Positions 26,701 through 39,300 of a stretch of 64,000 nucleotides of DNA are shown piece by piece. Origin of the DNA: Owenia fusiformis (lineage: Eukaryota); contig CAIIXF020000001.1 in NCBI GenBank assembly GCA_903813345.2, positions 47,182,001 through 47,246,000 of the forward strand, written 5' to 3'. Within the stretch, counting starts at the first letter, position 1. Each line of letters opens with the position of its first letter. Made by a program: the position numbers and the translations under genes. Below the pieces are notes generated by a model. It was not told the DNA's origin, ran no database searches, and saw only the letters and a list, made by a program, of their open reading frames with translations.

Positions 26701-29700
26701 TGCAGTTAGATATTCATTACTTTCAATGGGGTCTTCCATGTAGAGTAAAGCTCGGGGAGAGCCATGATATATGTCAATTCTGTAAGTAAAAATGTTTGAA
26801 GTCTCGCACATGTGACCAATCAGGTAAATTCCCTGTTTAATGGTAGGTACTGACAAAAAATGAGATACATCAATTTGCGGATTTTTTGAAGTCTAGCACA
26901 TGTGACTTATCAGGTAAATTCCCTGTTTAAAGGGATTGCGAAGTTTTGTCCGTTAAACTTGATAATAAGTTAGAATAAAGATATATCTTTCTATCCAACT
27001 TCGTTTTATTGTTCTATCATTATCCTTTTAATTGTTATTGAGCCCCGGGTTTTGCATATGAACTTGACCACGGAGCTGCCATTTCAACTGTAAAGTGGTT
27101 CTTTACGACATTGTTATGACATCATTGATGCCAGATTGATGCCTTGGCATTCCAAAAGTTTTGTGGCGCCATTTTTGAATCAAAAAATGAATGCCAAGTT
27201 GTTGCCATTCCAAAACCAAAGAAATCATTTCAAAGGAACTAAAAGAATATGTATATACCACCCATAATAAAGAACAATTTCAATAGAATATTAACGCCGG
27301 CATTTTTGGAATTGGTTTTTACCTATCTAGACATGGAATGCAGGTTAGATTTATTCTTTATTTACACTTGAAACAATCTGGGATTCGTGAATTTTTAACT
27401 TTTATTAGGTCTAGCGCTAAATGCGAACAGAGAATGCCAATTCTATCAGGCGAATGCAAACTATTTGAATAAAACATTATAAAATTAATTCAACCAACCC
27501 ATCTTGAATTTCCAAGAATGCAATCTCGGTGATGGTTTAATTTGCTAGTCTCATTACAAAAATACGTGTTCGTACTTCAATATTCATTGCATTTATGTTT
27601 ACCTTTAGCACAGGTATTCAAAGAAATTAAAATTTTAAAATTAAATTTTAAAACCTTATTCAATTACTATCATGGATTCTTAGCCTCACGTTACATTTTT
27701 ACGGGGACCGTACGGTCTATCATTTCTGTGGTAAGTAGGATTTCTACGGTTGCCTAAGTATTTATACAGTCAGATAATTTAGCAGTCACATTTGCTAAGA
27801 TAGCCGCAAGGCGTATCTTGATTATGAGGAAAAACTACGATTCCCGTACGGCTGATAAATGATGACGCACGATCAGCGTAGGGCATCCTCAAGGCATCCT
27901 CAAGGGGTTTTATGGTTCGGAAAGGTCAATTGTAACCTATGAAATCCAAGCGCAGCCGCAAGTCGACCGTGAACCCAACGTACGGCCGTCGTAGGCTGAC
28001 GGCTTGGCTGCTGCTTGTTGATATCTACGGTGACCACAGGAAAGAAAAAGTTATAACTCCGACGCTACGTCTTGTAAAAGCTGGATGTGTCGTGTACGTA
28101 GACAGCAAGGTGACCTTACGTCGACTGTAGTGTACTGATTTCAGGGAAATACTATCGACGTGTGGTCGCATTGAGCAAATGTGACCGAAGCTTTTAAAGT
28201 TCCACTTATTTTCCGATATAGAAAAACAAAAGGTTGTATGCTATTAAATTGAAAATCATTATTTCGAAAATACTGTAGAACTGTACTTACCACGGATGTT
28301 ATATAATTAAATTTGAGCTCGAAATCAGGAATTGTTTTTAACAAAAAATAAATATACATGTATAATAAAATAAATATTAAACTATTGGAGTACTATCAAT
28401 ACGGCAATTGCCTTATCGTCGTTGAAATGAAATATCATACTACAATCGACCCCATCGTCTCCCCACATCACTGAATGTTATGAGCCTTCTCTTGTCATGA
28501 TCCAAGGTGAAATACCATTGAATTTTGAAAAGCTTTTTTTGTCATATCGAATGTCGCTAAATTACGGTGATATGATGATTGAAATTGGTCGTTTAACAAC
28601 TGAGAAAAATTAAACATTACATATTATTCTTTGAAAATATGACAGTGGCATGTCCTTGTAAAGCTATTGCCAATCTTAATATTTAGGAGATTGACATTTA
28701 CATACGTATCATTTGGCATTCTCAAAATTCATTTTAGACGACATAGATTTTTCGTTTTTTTGTTTGCGTTTTAAATCAGAATTTAATGGCTACACTTTAG
28801 GGAGTTACTGTTTCATCATCCTTATATCAGCCGATATCTCCTAAGTTTCGTGATTTTTCTACCTAGCCTATACTTTATCACATTGGAGAAAATAAAAACA
28901 AACACTTGAAAAAATACATTGCAACAATTCAATTTCTATGAAGAATATATTGAAACAACTTTTCCAAATATATGATATGATATGGACATGAACATTCGGC
29001 GACAATGTTAAGCGGACAGAAATGTGTTCTATTTCTGCGATCCGAGTATGACGTGATTAATATAGCGACATTTCCCAGGCATCAATTTTAAGGCATCAAT
29101 GACGTCATTGATACATAACAATGGCGGCATCCGCAGCGATCCAGATATGGATACTTTGAACTTGAATTATATGTTAATTCAAACACGATATGTCCCATGA
29201 GTGAGCTGAAGTGATAGATGATGGTTATAAGTAGTCAGCGTGTAAATTAGAACATGAAACTTCGCATTCCCTTTAATGGAAGGTACTGACAAAAAATGAG
29301 ATACATCAATTTGCGGATTTTTTTTTGATGGCATGAGACTTCCATGTTGAACAACCTACAATGTGAACATATGCCAATCTAAACATGTTTCTCTATTGTG
29401 TTACATTAGACAAGTTTAAGTGTAACTGTTCAAGTGGAACTTTATGGTTATCATGATAAATGTTATGTGTGAAAATGAACAATTATAGAAAATTTAAAAA
29501 AGTGCATTCATCCATTATTAAAACCTTAAACCAGATTTCTGTATCATAAATGTTAAATAGATATGTCTAATCAAATAAAATCAAATAATAAACATATTTT
29601 GTAAGACTTACTTTTGTGTAGGAGCAGGTGAAGCACTGTTGGTATCTAACATGTCCCCTTCATATTTAAAAACGCGGAATAGTCCCCACCCACAGCTATG

Positions 29701-32700
29701 ACGTTCCTGTTTCCCATTATCTCCATATGTGACTGCTGCTACCTCTAGCACGGCTATTATGTTGAGATCATTCAGAGACGTGTGCAAATACACATTCTAT
29801 AAACAGAGTTTACATGTAATTGTTTGTTAGCAGGGTTGGCCAAAATATTCCAGAATTAAATAAGTATTATTGAAGGTTGATCATATCATAAGCACAATTG
29901 AATGAGTAAATATGTTTAATCCTTTTTGTTCTGTAAATATGACTAAATATAATTGAATGCCAAATCATATCTGATCTAAGCAAATTATACATGTATTTCA
30001 TATTCGGGAAGATGCTAAGGGGAAATATAGTAACAGTCCAGTGTATATTGAACTTTACCTGGTTGTAATTGAGACGGAGTTTTTGTCCAGCTGCAGTTTT
30101 AGCTTGCATGGCAGGTCCATGCCAGGTGTGACCAAAGAACTGTTTGTACGTGACATCAAACAGACTCATAGATATCTCAAACTCAGCCTGTCCTGTGTCA
30201 ATCTGAAATGAGTTAATCATTATCAGTGTGAGCAAATTATGATCTGTATGGACTGCTTATGGAGGCAAGTCCATTTTTAATGTTTTGGTGATTTAACTAT
30301 CAGTAGGTATGTCATCATGACCCAGATATATTTTTGCAATATTGGAACAGGTCTTGAATCATGTTCATCTGTTTGATATGGCAAAATTGACAAAATTACA
30401 ATAGGAAAGTTTTCAAGTTATGTAGTCTACATGTATATCCAATAGACTGAATATCCTGAGAATCCAGTCTATTGATCATTATGTCCCTCCTGGCATGCAT
30501 CTGTCTTCCCTATTGAAGTTGGCTGCAGAGGGTTTCCAGCAACAACAGTTAGAAGCCTTTTGTCAAAACTAGGGCTGCAACCCAAAGAGCTCAAGAAGGC
30601 CCTTAAGTCTATTAGACAGCTCCCGATGGCTATGGATCAAGAGAAGAGAAACATGGAACCCAAAGGCGACCCATTCCACCTAAATCCCACTGGAACCCTG
30701 CTTGTATATGTGGCCAACCACCAGACCACAGGTGTTCCATATGCTTGCATATGGGCGGGGAGTATACAGCAGGAGGTGCTTACTCGGCCGAACCCGACCT
30801 CACACCAATATCCAAGCGTGTTCCAGTTTCCCCCTTTGGCATGCCATTCCCATTCCCAGTCCATTATAAGTCATGTAGCAAAGCATCGTGGATGTTTAAT
30901 GAATGAACTGTGGGAAAAACAGGAAATTTCAAGCACAAAATTATCAATTTTAGGAAGCTTCACTTCCCAAAAATAAACATTATAACAATTGCATTAAGTA
31001 GTGAGGTACAATTAAATGCTATAAAAACTAACACAGTGTATTAAAATGGAAATAAAGCTAGGGGAAGTAACAAATATGCAAATTAATCTACTCCAGCGGC
31101 CATTTTGAATGGCACTTCCAATGTAAACAAATAATTTTCAATCCAAAATTTTAACATACATTTTAACATATACAGTGTCTGAATATTTTCATTCCATATT
31201 TCAACAAGTCAAAAAATGCCTGACCCTCTCATATATCTGTTCATTATCCTGTTTATAACTGATTCAAGAGCGCTGCACTGAACGAACCTATATGCCTATT
31301 TGTTATTTGTTTAGTTGTTGGTTGGATAACATGTTTATGACGTCACAAATGATGCGAAGAATATTTAAACCAATCAGTGAAGTCTATATTAATTGTTTGT
31401 TGATGTGGCGATACGTGTCTGACGTCACAGGTGATTGCATCATATTCCAGTAACGCCATTTTACGACATTGCATAATTTTAGCTGATTTTGGCTTCATTT
31501 CACTTTATTTGAAAGACTTTTTAAAATATAATAATGAGTCAGTATTTTTTCTTATAAATATCAATATTTGAATTTGAGGTCAAAGTCCGAAAATTTGATC
31601 AACTGATTGAAATCACATTTTAAAGAGGTGAAGAAGTGAATAATTACAGGAGCAAACGTGATCAATGGTTCGAGGTCTCCCGCAAAGTAGTCGCTACGCT
31701 CCTACTTCGCGCTGCCTTCGGCAGAGGAGACCTCGAAAAAAAAATTCAGACAAGAGGGTATACTATAGTCTATCATGTTATGGAACTTGGATGGAAGAAG
31801 GTTGGTATAGATCATGATTTGGGATTGCTCCGAGTGTACTATCCTTACTCGGTTTTTTTTATCTCGTGGTATGAGGAAAGTAGTTGAAATTCTATTAGAA
31901 ACCTGTATCGGGACTCCAATGGTATACTACAGCACCAACTTTGGATAGAATACTCTCATTTGCTGGCATATAATGCCCAGAATAACTGGGAAACATGTGA
32001 TCATAACAGTGAACGGTAAAATATTTTGGATTATTTTATGTGGATGGATGACCTTGGTAGTGGTGAATTGGTTAATGTACATACATATGATGACATTTTG
32101 GTATTCATATTATGTAAGGGAGCAGAACTTTTGATTTTTGTTGGATATTCTGTTGAAATCTTTTTGACATGGAGGTGAGATGCTTTGCTGTATTTCTCTG
32201 AAATTCTTTGAAAATCGATGGGCTGCGATTTGAGAAATTCTAATTCGAACTTTGTCGATTTAACATGCATCTCAATGGTACAAAAAGTAAGGAGAGTTCT
32301 ACCAATCCATTCTGATCTATCAGATCTCCCAATCATCTAAGCTAAAACAAGAAAAAGCAAAAACTCCGGATTTGGAGTTTTTCAGATTCTCAACTTTTGG
32401 GAAAATAATAAAGCAGCAAATGCGCCTCTGGGGCAGTGACACTAACAAAATAAACGGATTTCAATTTCATATCAATTCATTTCAATTCAATGCTTATGAA
32501 TACAGTTGGGGACATAAATAAATGACAGGTGGATTTGCTGAAGTGAGGATTTCCCATGTTAAAAATAAGAGAATTTACAAGAGGCCATACATCAGTGGAT
32601 GAGATTATACAAAATGTAAAATATACAAATTTTAAGGGATATATATCTAGACAATATTGGAAATTATGGGCTTTCAGACCACCATAATTAGGAAATGGTG

Positions 32701-32911
32701 ATCGAAAATCGACCTGTCATTTATTTTTGTCCCCAACTGTAAATCATCACAAATGACAAATAAATTTTACCTTTTGTACAAGGCCCTCAACATTACGAAT
32801 ACTAATGCAGAACGGTGTACTTATTTCCCCAGACTGTTGCTGTCTATCGTATGCTAGCTGTAGTTTTGACTTCTTCAGCAAAAGCTCCTTCCAAGCTTTT
32901 ATTTTAGACAT
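14758..32911 (-). CDS. NPHP4: Nephrocystin-4 (ciliary transition zone protein), ~1472 aa
   Basis: 24 GT-AG exons in consistent phase (32911-32771, 30202-30059, 29796-29612, 26779-26562, 25836-25643, 25294-25137, 24985-24853, 24469-24230, 24070-23910, 23578-23487, 23151-23015, 22683-22583, 22412-22224, 20650-20555, 20418-20304, 19926-19783, 19354-19138, 18833-18532, 18257-18031, 17489-17300, 17054-16823, 16323-16211, 15799-15633, 15280-14758) total 4419 nt. Motifs: SLFDVTYKQFFGHTW, SCGWG, IGVHNGLCYVQEPQ, FFTFQFYKFPQVTTE, IDVWDGDSLLLIG, and C-terminal ILVFINDEDDKNEETFCIKAVY. Confidence 0.96.
21007..22088 (-). mobile_element. Helentron/HINE-like element with five 162-bp core repeats, in NPHP4 intron 13
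   Basis: Subterminal IR TATCGTACCT (21028-21037) / AGGTACGATA (22077-22086); near-identical units with period 162; short (CGCC)n; terminal ~41 bp duplicated in tandem. Confidence 0.85.
25957..26141. mobile_element. Degenerate hAT-like MITE
   Basis: Imperfect TIR CAGTGATTTATCC ... GGAGAAGTCACTG; internal 18-bp tandem duplication; no matching TSD seen. Confidence 0.4.
26348..26535. mobile_element. hAT-like MITE about 25 bp from the donor of NPHP4 exon 4
   Basis: TIR CAGGCCCGTAGCCAGG ... CCTGACTTAGGGCCTG with G/C runs; 8-bp TSD is poorly preserved. Confidence 0.6.
26931..29272. mobile_element. Kolobok-like non-autonomous DNA transposon (TTAA TSD), 2.3 kb
   Basis: TTAA|AGGGATTGCGAAGTTT ... AAACTTCGCATTCCCT|TTAA. 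Removing it restores the second copy of a ~92-bp host tandem duplication. Confidence 0.8.
27681..28192. mobile_element. GC-richer degenerate MITE (Harbinger-like) nested in the Kolobok-like element
   Basis: Imperfect TIR AGCCTCACGTTACATTT / AAATGTGACCGAAGCT; many CCGTACGG/CGTAG motifs; CpG-rich relative to flanks. Confidence 0.4.
30491..30865 (+). mobile_element. 5'-truncated non-LTR retrotransposon 3' end (restriction-like endonuclease C-terminus, HERO/R2-group-like), frameshifted
   Basis: Translates as WHASVFPIEVGCRGFPATTVRSLLSKLG... and, after a frameshift, SSRWLWIKRRETWNPK. I recognise PxEVGCRGF and WLWxKR as end-of-ORF motifs of HERO-type elements. Followed by a 3' UTR and a CATTCC-repeat tail. 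Confidence 0.75.
32503..32739. mobile_element. Tc1-like MITE in NPHP4 intron 1
   Basis: TA|CAGTTGGGGACATAAATAAATGACAGGT ... ACCTGTCATTTATTTTTGTCCCCAACTG|TA. Confidence 0.85.
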
Positions 32912-33335
32912 TTTTGAAAAATTCTAAACACCGGAAGTTTACGTTTGATCAGTTCTTGCAATATCAATAAAATAGTTTGACAGATTAGTCACAGTATGTA
33001 ACTTGTTACCAATATTTCAAAAAAACATTTATTTAGGATATAGTTAGACAATAATAATCTAAGTAAAACTTTATTTTGTCAGTATTGCTTACATAATTTT
33101 AGAATATATTTGTCAACAAATAAGACCTGATTTCAGCCGCTGAAAGTTACACATTCCACATTCTATCATACCTGTTATGTCATGGTGTTTAGCCAATTGT
33201 AATAGCAAATTCCTGATAAAATATTGCAAGAAGGAAAAATCTCACGTGAATGTGAAGTTCAAAGCTAAAAAAAACTAATTATCAATTGCTCTCGATGTGT
33301 TTTTTTGTAATGTGTATTGCTCCAGTCACGTGACC
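32912..33335. promoter_or_regulatory. Putative bidirectional promoter NPHP4/VPS16 with CLEAR-type E-boxes and an ETS motif
   Basis: Divergent ATGs 425 bp apart; GTCACGTGAC at 33325-33334; TCACGTGA at 33242-33249; ACCGGAAGT at 32930-32938. Confidence 0.7.
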
Positions 33336-36300
33336 ATGGCTCTGATTTCTGCAGATTGGAATCCCCTTGGGGAGGTATTCTACAGGTATGCAATAACCAC
33401 TGAAGGTTTCACTACGAATTTAAAATAAAGGCCTTTTCGAATATCAAATACTTCATTTTCATAAATAATGTTTTGCTTGATTACTGCCAAAACCCCGACA
33501 ATGTCTTTCAAAATTATTTTGGGGTGTAAATTACCCCTAATATCGCCCACTATTTTCACTTCCTTATTTTTATTTCAGTATCACATTATCATCGTGTTAG
33601 CATAAGGGTTCTTGTCAACCCTCACGCATTAGTTGTGATTGTCAGGCATTTGCTAGAAAAATACCATCAGTTTTGCGTGTATGCTAAAATGTCATGCAAA
33701 TCACGCATTATGTTGATAATTAAAAAAAACTGCTTTTTACAAAAAGCCGATATGGTAAAAAGTGAGTCTGAAAGGAAGCGAACGCATTTCGTTCAGACCT
33801 TTCACGCGAATTCTGTATATGTCACGCATTTGGTTCGATGTGTAAATGTCACTCATTTGCTTCGGAGTTTTTTGTACCCCTACCCTCCCCGTAAATGAAA
33901 TAGAAGGTAAAGGTTGTGTATAACTATCAAAATGATTTTCACCCCTTTTCAAAGCCTTAATACAGCACATTGCTGTGTATCTATCATAATCATATTGATC
34001 TCTACTTAAACATTTGAGTGAATACTCCTCTTTCATTCCATGTAAAGAAAACAGAAATTAATAAAATATTGATGGGGTGGGAGCTGTTACAATGACCCTT
34101 ACTTTTGGCAATTTTTAGAACGTTCCATCCAGTGTAATTAATAAGGGACGTATTAATTCAATTACAATATCATTGCCGTTTTTGGGCTTATTACTTGAAA
34201 GCATTATGCATTTTTATTGTCATATATTATTATTAAAGTATGTATATAGAACACTTATTATGCCCTAGTTAGAGTTCATTTTGTATTTAGATATAAAATA
34301 ATTTGGGGAATCCACTAAGAGTTGGGTGGTTTCTCCAAATAAATCGTTGTTATGGAAATGAAACCACATTACATTGGATTTACACAAGAGCGAGCTATGA
34401 GTATTTTGTCATCAACAAACATTGGATGGTATGGAGACATTCATTGTGACATTTGTTTTTGGGATTCCTGACAATGGTCAAACATTTTCACTTTTGTTAT
34501 TAGAGCACTTTGACACTCGATTAGAATTATTTTATTACATTTAGTTAAAGAAGCTATACCATAGGATAGCACAACCAAGACGCCTCTGGACCTTTTTGCA
34601 TATACTGAGTTTCTCTACATATTCACCCATCTACTTACCAAAGAAGTCCCAAATCCCCATTTCCAGTGTTAATTTTGAGAATGTGATCTGAAGTTTAAAT
34701 ATACCTGGAAAATCCCCACGTTTATTCCTCTTGCTATTAAGAATGTATCTTGTTCACAGAAAAATATCCCTTAGAAAGCGATTGTTAAGAGCATGAAAGA
34801 GAGCAGCAAGATTTAGAGTATTAGTAATATGGAAGAACTCCAGGCAAAGATGAAGATGTTACTTCTTCTTTGTATTTTAGGACAATATATGGAACAATGA
34901 ATGCGACAAGAGAAAGGTCCAATGCATAAAACCAGGCTTAGAGCTTTTAGATAAAACCGATGGATTTATATTCACTTTGTGAAATGTTTAACTTCACTCC
35001 CCTGGCTTCATTCATACATTAAATTAGAATTACAAATTAACAATTTTCAATTAACTGTTCATTGGTCTGTGAAAATAATACATGTTGGATTCATCATTTT
35101 AAAGAGTGGTCTCAACTGTACTGTTGCACCTGTACTTCCTAGGTTGAGCTTACTACTACTTTTCCCTTGGCCTGTGGCCATTGCGATGCTGGTCATGTAA
35201 GTGATGAATCTAGTAAAACTGGCCGAAGGTCAAAGCAGGATGCTGTTATCTTAGTTCAAAAATCCAGCATGCTTTTTCACAACCTGTTTGGTAAATTTCT
35301 GATAACTACCCTGAGACCTTAAAGGATGTTTATAACTACAGTATCTAGGCCCTAAAAATGACTTTTGAGGATTACTATCAATAGGATTCATTAAAGATGT
35401 ATCATACCATGGGTTTTTTGCCCCGACAGTCAACAATGTACCATTGTTATTGCTCATATAATATCTCACATACCATGGATATATCTTGAGAATAACTTAT
35501 GGGTATATTATTGTTGAAATATTGAAATAATCAACAGAACAGCCAACCTCCAAAATTAAACACAATCAATTCCATGGTATATCCTGGGGATTCAAAAAAG
35601 CACCAAACAAAATTGCTGGGGATTGTTGCTGAATAACTGTGGCAGAAGAGATTTATAAGAGATGGGAGAAAAAACATGGGAGGCAAAAGTCACAGTGGAA
35701 GAAATTGCTAAGAGTGTTTGACCTGTCGGGCATCAAAAGTACATAACATACAAAGGGCAATATTTTGAGAAAATGTGAAATGGGACACTGTGCAATATAC
35801 ATGTACATCCATTAAATCTAGGATGTTCTCACGGATGTGTAATTTAGTATCTTGAAATGTATTTTTGAGCATTCTTCTTATCGCTACACAAAATGGTATT
35901 TGTTGATTAATTATTTCATATTTTCAATTTTTTATTCCTTTTGACGTGACTGTATAACCTGCCCTTCCCTACCCAAACTCACCAACTTGATTTTTTATAA
36001 CATCAATATAGTTTTATCAGTCAACATGAAAATTTGTAGAATAATCAAAATGTCTCTAAGGAACATTTGCTGAAAATTTCATGGAAAAATATCAATTATT
36101 AATAAAGTTAAAGCATATAGTGCATTACTTCGGGGACAACCCTCGTATAGGATAAATCAGTTATTAAATGCTTGATTCTTGATCCCTCAGTAAATACAAT
36201 ATATCAACCCTCGGTCACTATTGTCCCTCAGGTAGATATATTGTATTTCCCTCAAATATACCCTGTATCAAAAACCTCCCATTAAATAACCTCTATGCAT

Positions 36301-39300
36301 GTTTTTAGGAAACATGAGCTATATACAATGGAGTGGTCTGACCTGGTGGACCTTAACAAGTTTGTCGTAGCAGCAGCACCGTATGGGGGACCTATAGGTA
36401 AACATATTCTACCATAGATAAACTTACGTTCTATTGGGGTATCTATTTGAGGTCCCTGAATATGACAAGCCCATAAATGATATAGTAAATGAATTCTAAC
36501 ATTACAAAATTCTCGTGGATTTTTGACTTCTCTCATATATGGGCACTCTTTGTAGTGGGTTACAATGTGAATTTCAATTTCAAAAGCGCCCTGGGTGCTA
36601 ATTACAGCGAATACGGTAATTGTTTATTATTTTAGCTTTAATCCGAGATGAGAACAAATTTGTGCGGGTGCAAGGTGCTACTAAACCAATTATCTACATC
36701 TACTCTGCCTCTGGTATAGAGCTATCTGCTATCAGAGTAAGTTTACATAGTTTTTCAAACTGCACAAAATAATAGATATGGATATCCACAAATGTAAACA
36801 TTGTATTTTTTGAATAAAGTGTGATCTTTTTGAAGATAAGTTTATGGAAATTAGTATGAGACAGAAATTCTTGCATGCACGTTTGTAAAAAAACTCTTGT
36901 TAATATTTTCCGTGGTATATTTGGGATGTTATGCATTATGGCAAGTATGAATTAAACAGGACAATTGTTATCATTTCATTTTGCCTTGGAATTCTTTGAC
37001 AAAACAGTCCAACAAAGCACTACTAAACTCTATTTTAAAGTTGCACAATTTATGATAAAATTACTCATATAATCTGATATTCGAGATTAAATAATGTTTT
37101 GAAAGACAATTTTTACCAGAAATGTGTTTAAGCTGAGAAAATCAAAGATTGATTTCATCATTTTTGAACAAATAAATGTTTTTTAAATTGCCCTGGAGAA
37201 TGACCAGATCAGCCTGACCTTGAAGTTTTAACACAGTGCATGTATTTCACCCAGATATGGAAAGTGCAAAAATAGACCTGTCAATCAAATCTTGAACTGT
37301 TTCAAGAAACTGAAATTCAGTTTGATTTGAGGTTTTACTTTTCTATCCAGAACATTGTCAAAATGCTTTACAGTGAATTATGAATTATGAAAGTACAAAT
37401 GCAATACAATTTGATAATTACTATATAGTTCATTATGACCTATTTGTGATAATTGAACTTAAATTCTATTTTTAGCTCAGAGGTTTCAATAAAGGAAAAA
37501 CAAAAACCACAATTGGTTCATTTTTTAAGAAAAAAAATATCACAAATATATGTGAATTGTTTTAAAGAATTGTACTTTCCTGTTTCTAACTACCTCTGAC
37601 AAACAATTTAGGGATGTTGATTTCACAGTTCAAGGGATGCTTTATTAAAATTTATTGTTGGTTCACAAAATCAAAGAATTACAGCATTTTTATAGTGAAG
37701 AATATGAATGAAGTTGTTTGAATTTATTGTAGTGGAACAGTGGACATGTTATAGCCATGGGCTGGTCAGTTACAGAGGACTTGCTGTGCATACAAGATGA
37801 TGGAGTTGTTTTGGTGTATGATATATTTGGAACATTCAAAAGGACTTTTAGCATGGGCCAGGTATGGTATTCAAAATTGTTTGGTTAGCCGTTTGGTTAA
37901 GGAGATGTCATGGTTAAGTAGCCAAGTCAACTATATCCCATTGTCTCCTAAAGGAGAAAACTCAGTTTGATGCCATTACATCACTTTGCCATTTAATCTA
38001 AATCAATCTCCTTACTTCCCTGCTTTCTCCCTTGCGTTGTTGCTTTTCCATCTTACTTATTTTACACAACTGTCATTATTCTGGTTTTACTCAACATACA
38101 TACACATTTATAAAGGAACATGATACATCAAACCAGTTCTTATTCTGTAAAAGTAAAGTGCAGTATTTTATAGGTATTTTTAAGATTGCCCTTATTTGTA
38201 AGAAATTCTAGGTGATTATTATCTAAGGGAATTCTTTTTCAGGAAGCCAAAGATACAAAGGTGATAGAATGTAAAATCTTTAACAGTTTCAATGGTACAG
38301 GGATAGCAGTTGTCACCAGCACATATAGAATCTTTATTATCAACAATGTGGATGATCCTCGTATACGGAGACTTGCTGAAGTTCCTGGTAGGATTCTAAT
38401 ACATACAGAACATTACATATCATTTCATAATTATAAAATTAGATACATTTATTTGTAAAACTATACAGTTTAATGATATAAATCTCTTCAGTTTCACTTT
38501 TCCTAAAAATGCTTTAAGAGTTATCATTTTGAAATTGGACTTATTTCAAATGAAATAGTCAATATGAATTAAATATGGCTCCTTTAGTAGATATTATTTA
38601 TATCTCTCAGAATATTTCAACTGATCATCTTAGCAAAAGCCTCTAATATTTTTAAGGGCTGAATAAACCACCAAGTAGTTGGGCAATAATAAATCATGAG
38701 AGACAGAGTCGCGCCCTGGTGGCCAAAGATGCAGAACTCTACCTAGTAGACCATGGTGGCCAGTACACAGAACAAGTAAAACTCATCCTATTTTTTAAAT
38801 TTAACAAATTCTTGTTTTGACCATGAAGAAAAGAATACTAGAAATTGATAAGCATATATGATAAGACAACCATTACTTAGTAATTATGCTATCAAACCCT
38901 GATTTTAATTTTGAGGAAATTCATCCCGAGGAAATATCTTGGGGCTTGTTGCCTGTTTTGGATGAATCCTTTAAATTATTCCTTTTATATATAAATACTC
39001 TTTTATCCACTTGTTTAATCTTATTTCAAATGATTTTCTTTTATTTCAGCATCCAGATGTTAAAACCACAGTGAATTCATTCGTTGAGATGTCAGTGTCT
39101 GTCAACAATAAATATTTGGCCCTGTTTTCTGACACAGGACTATTGTGGATTGGCTCTTCAGATTTGTCAGTAAGTGGACTTTCTTTGTTTAGAACTCTAC
39201 AGGGTGAACTTAATGCGAGTCTAAAACTAATATCATGATTTTGGTCATCAAAACATACAAACATTTATTTGATATGCAACTATAATTATGTTAGTTGGAA

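Noticed and set aside
26347..26856. 169-aa ORF as a single exon or MITE exonisation
   Set aside because: Only 26562-26779 is bounded by splice sites and NPHP4-like; the rest is read-through into intron and MITE.
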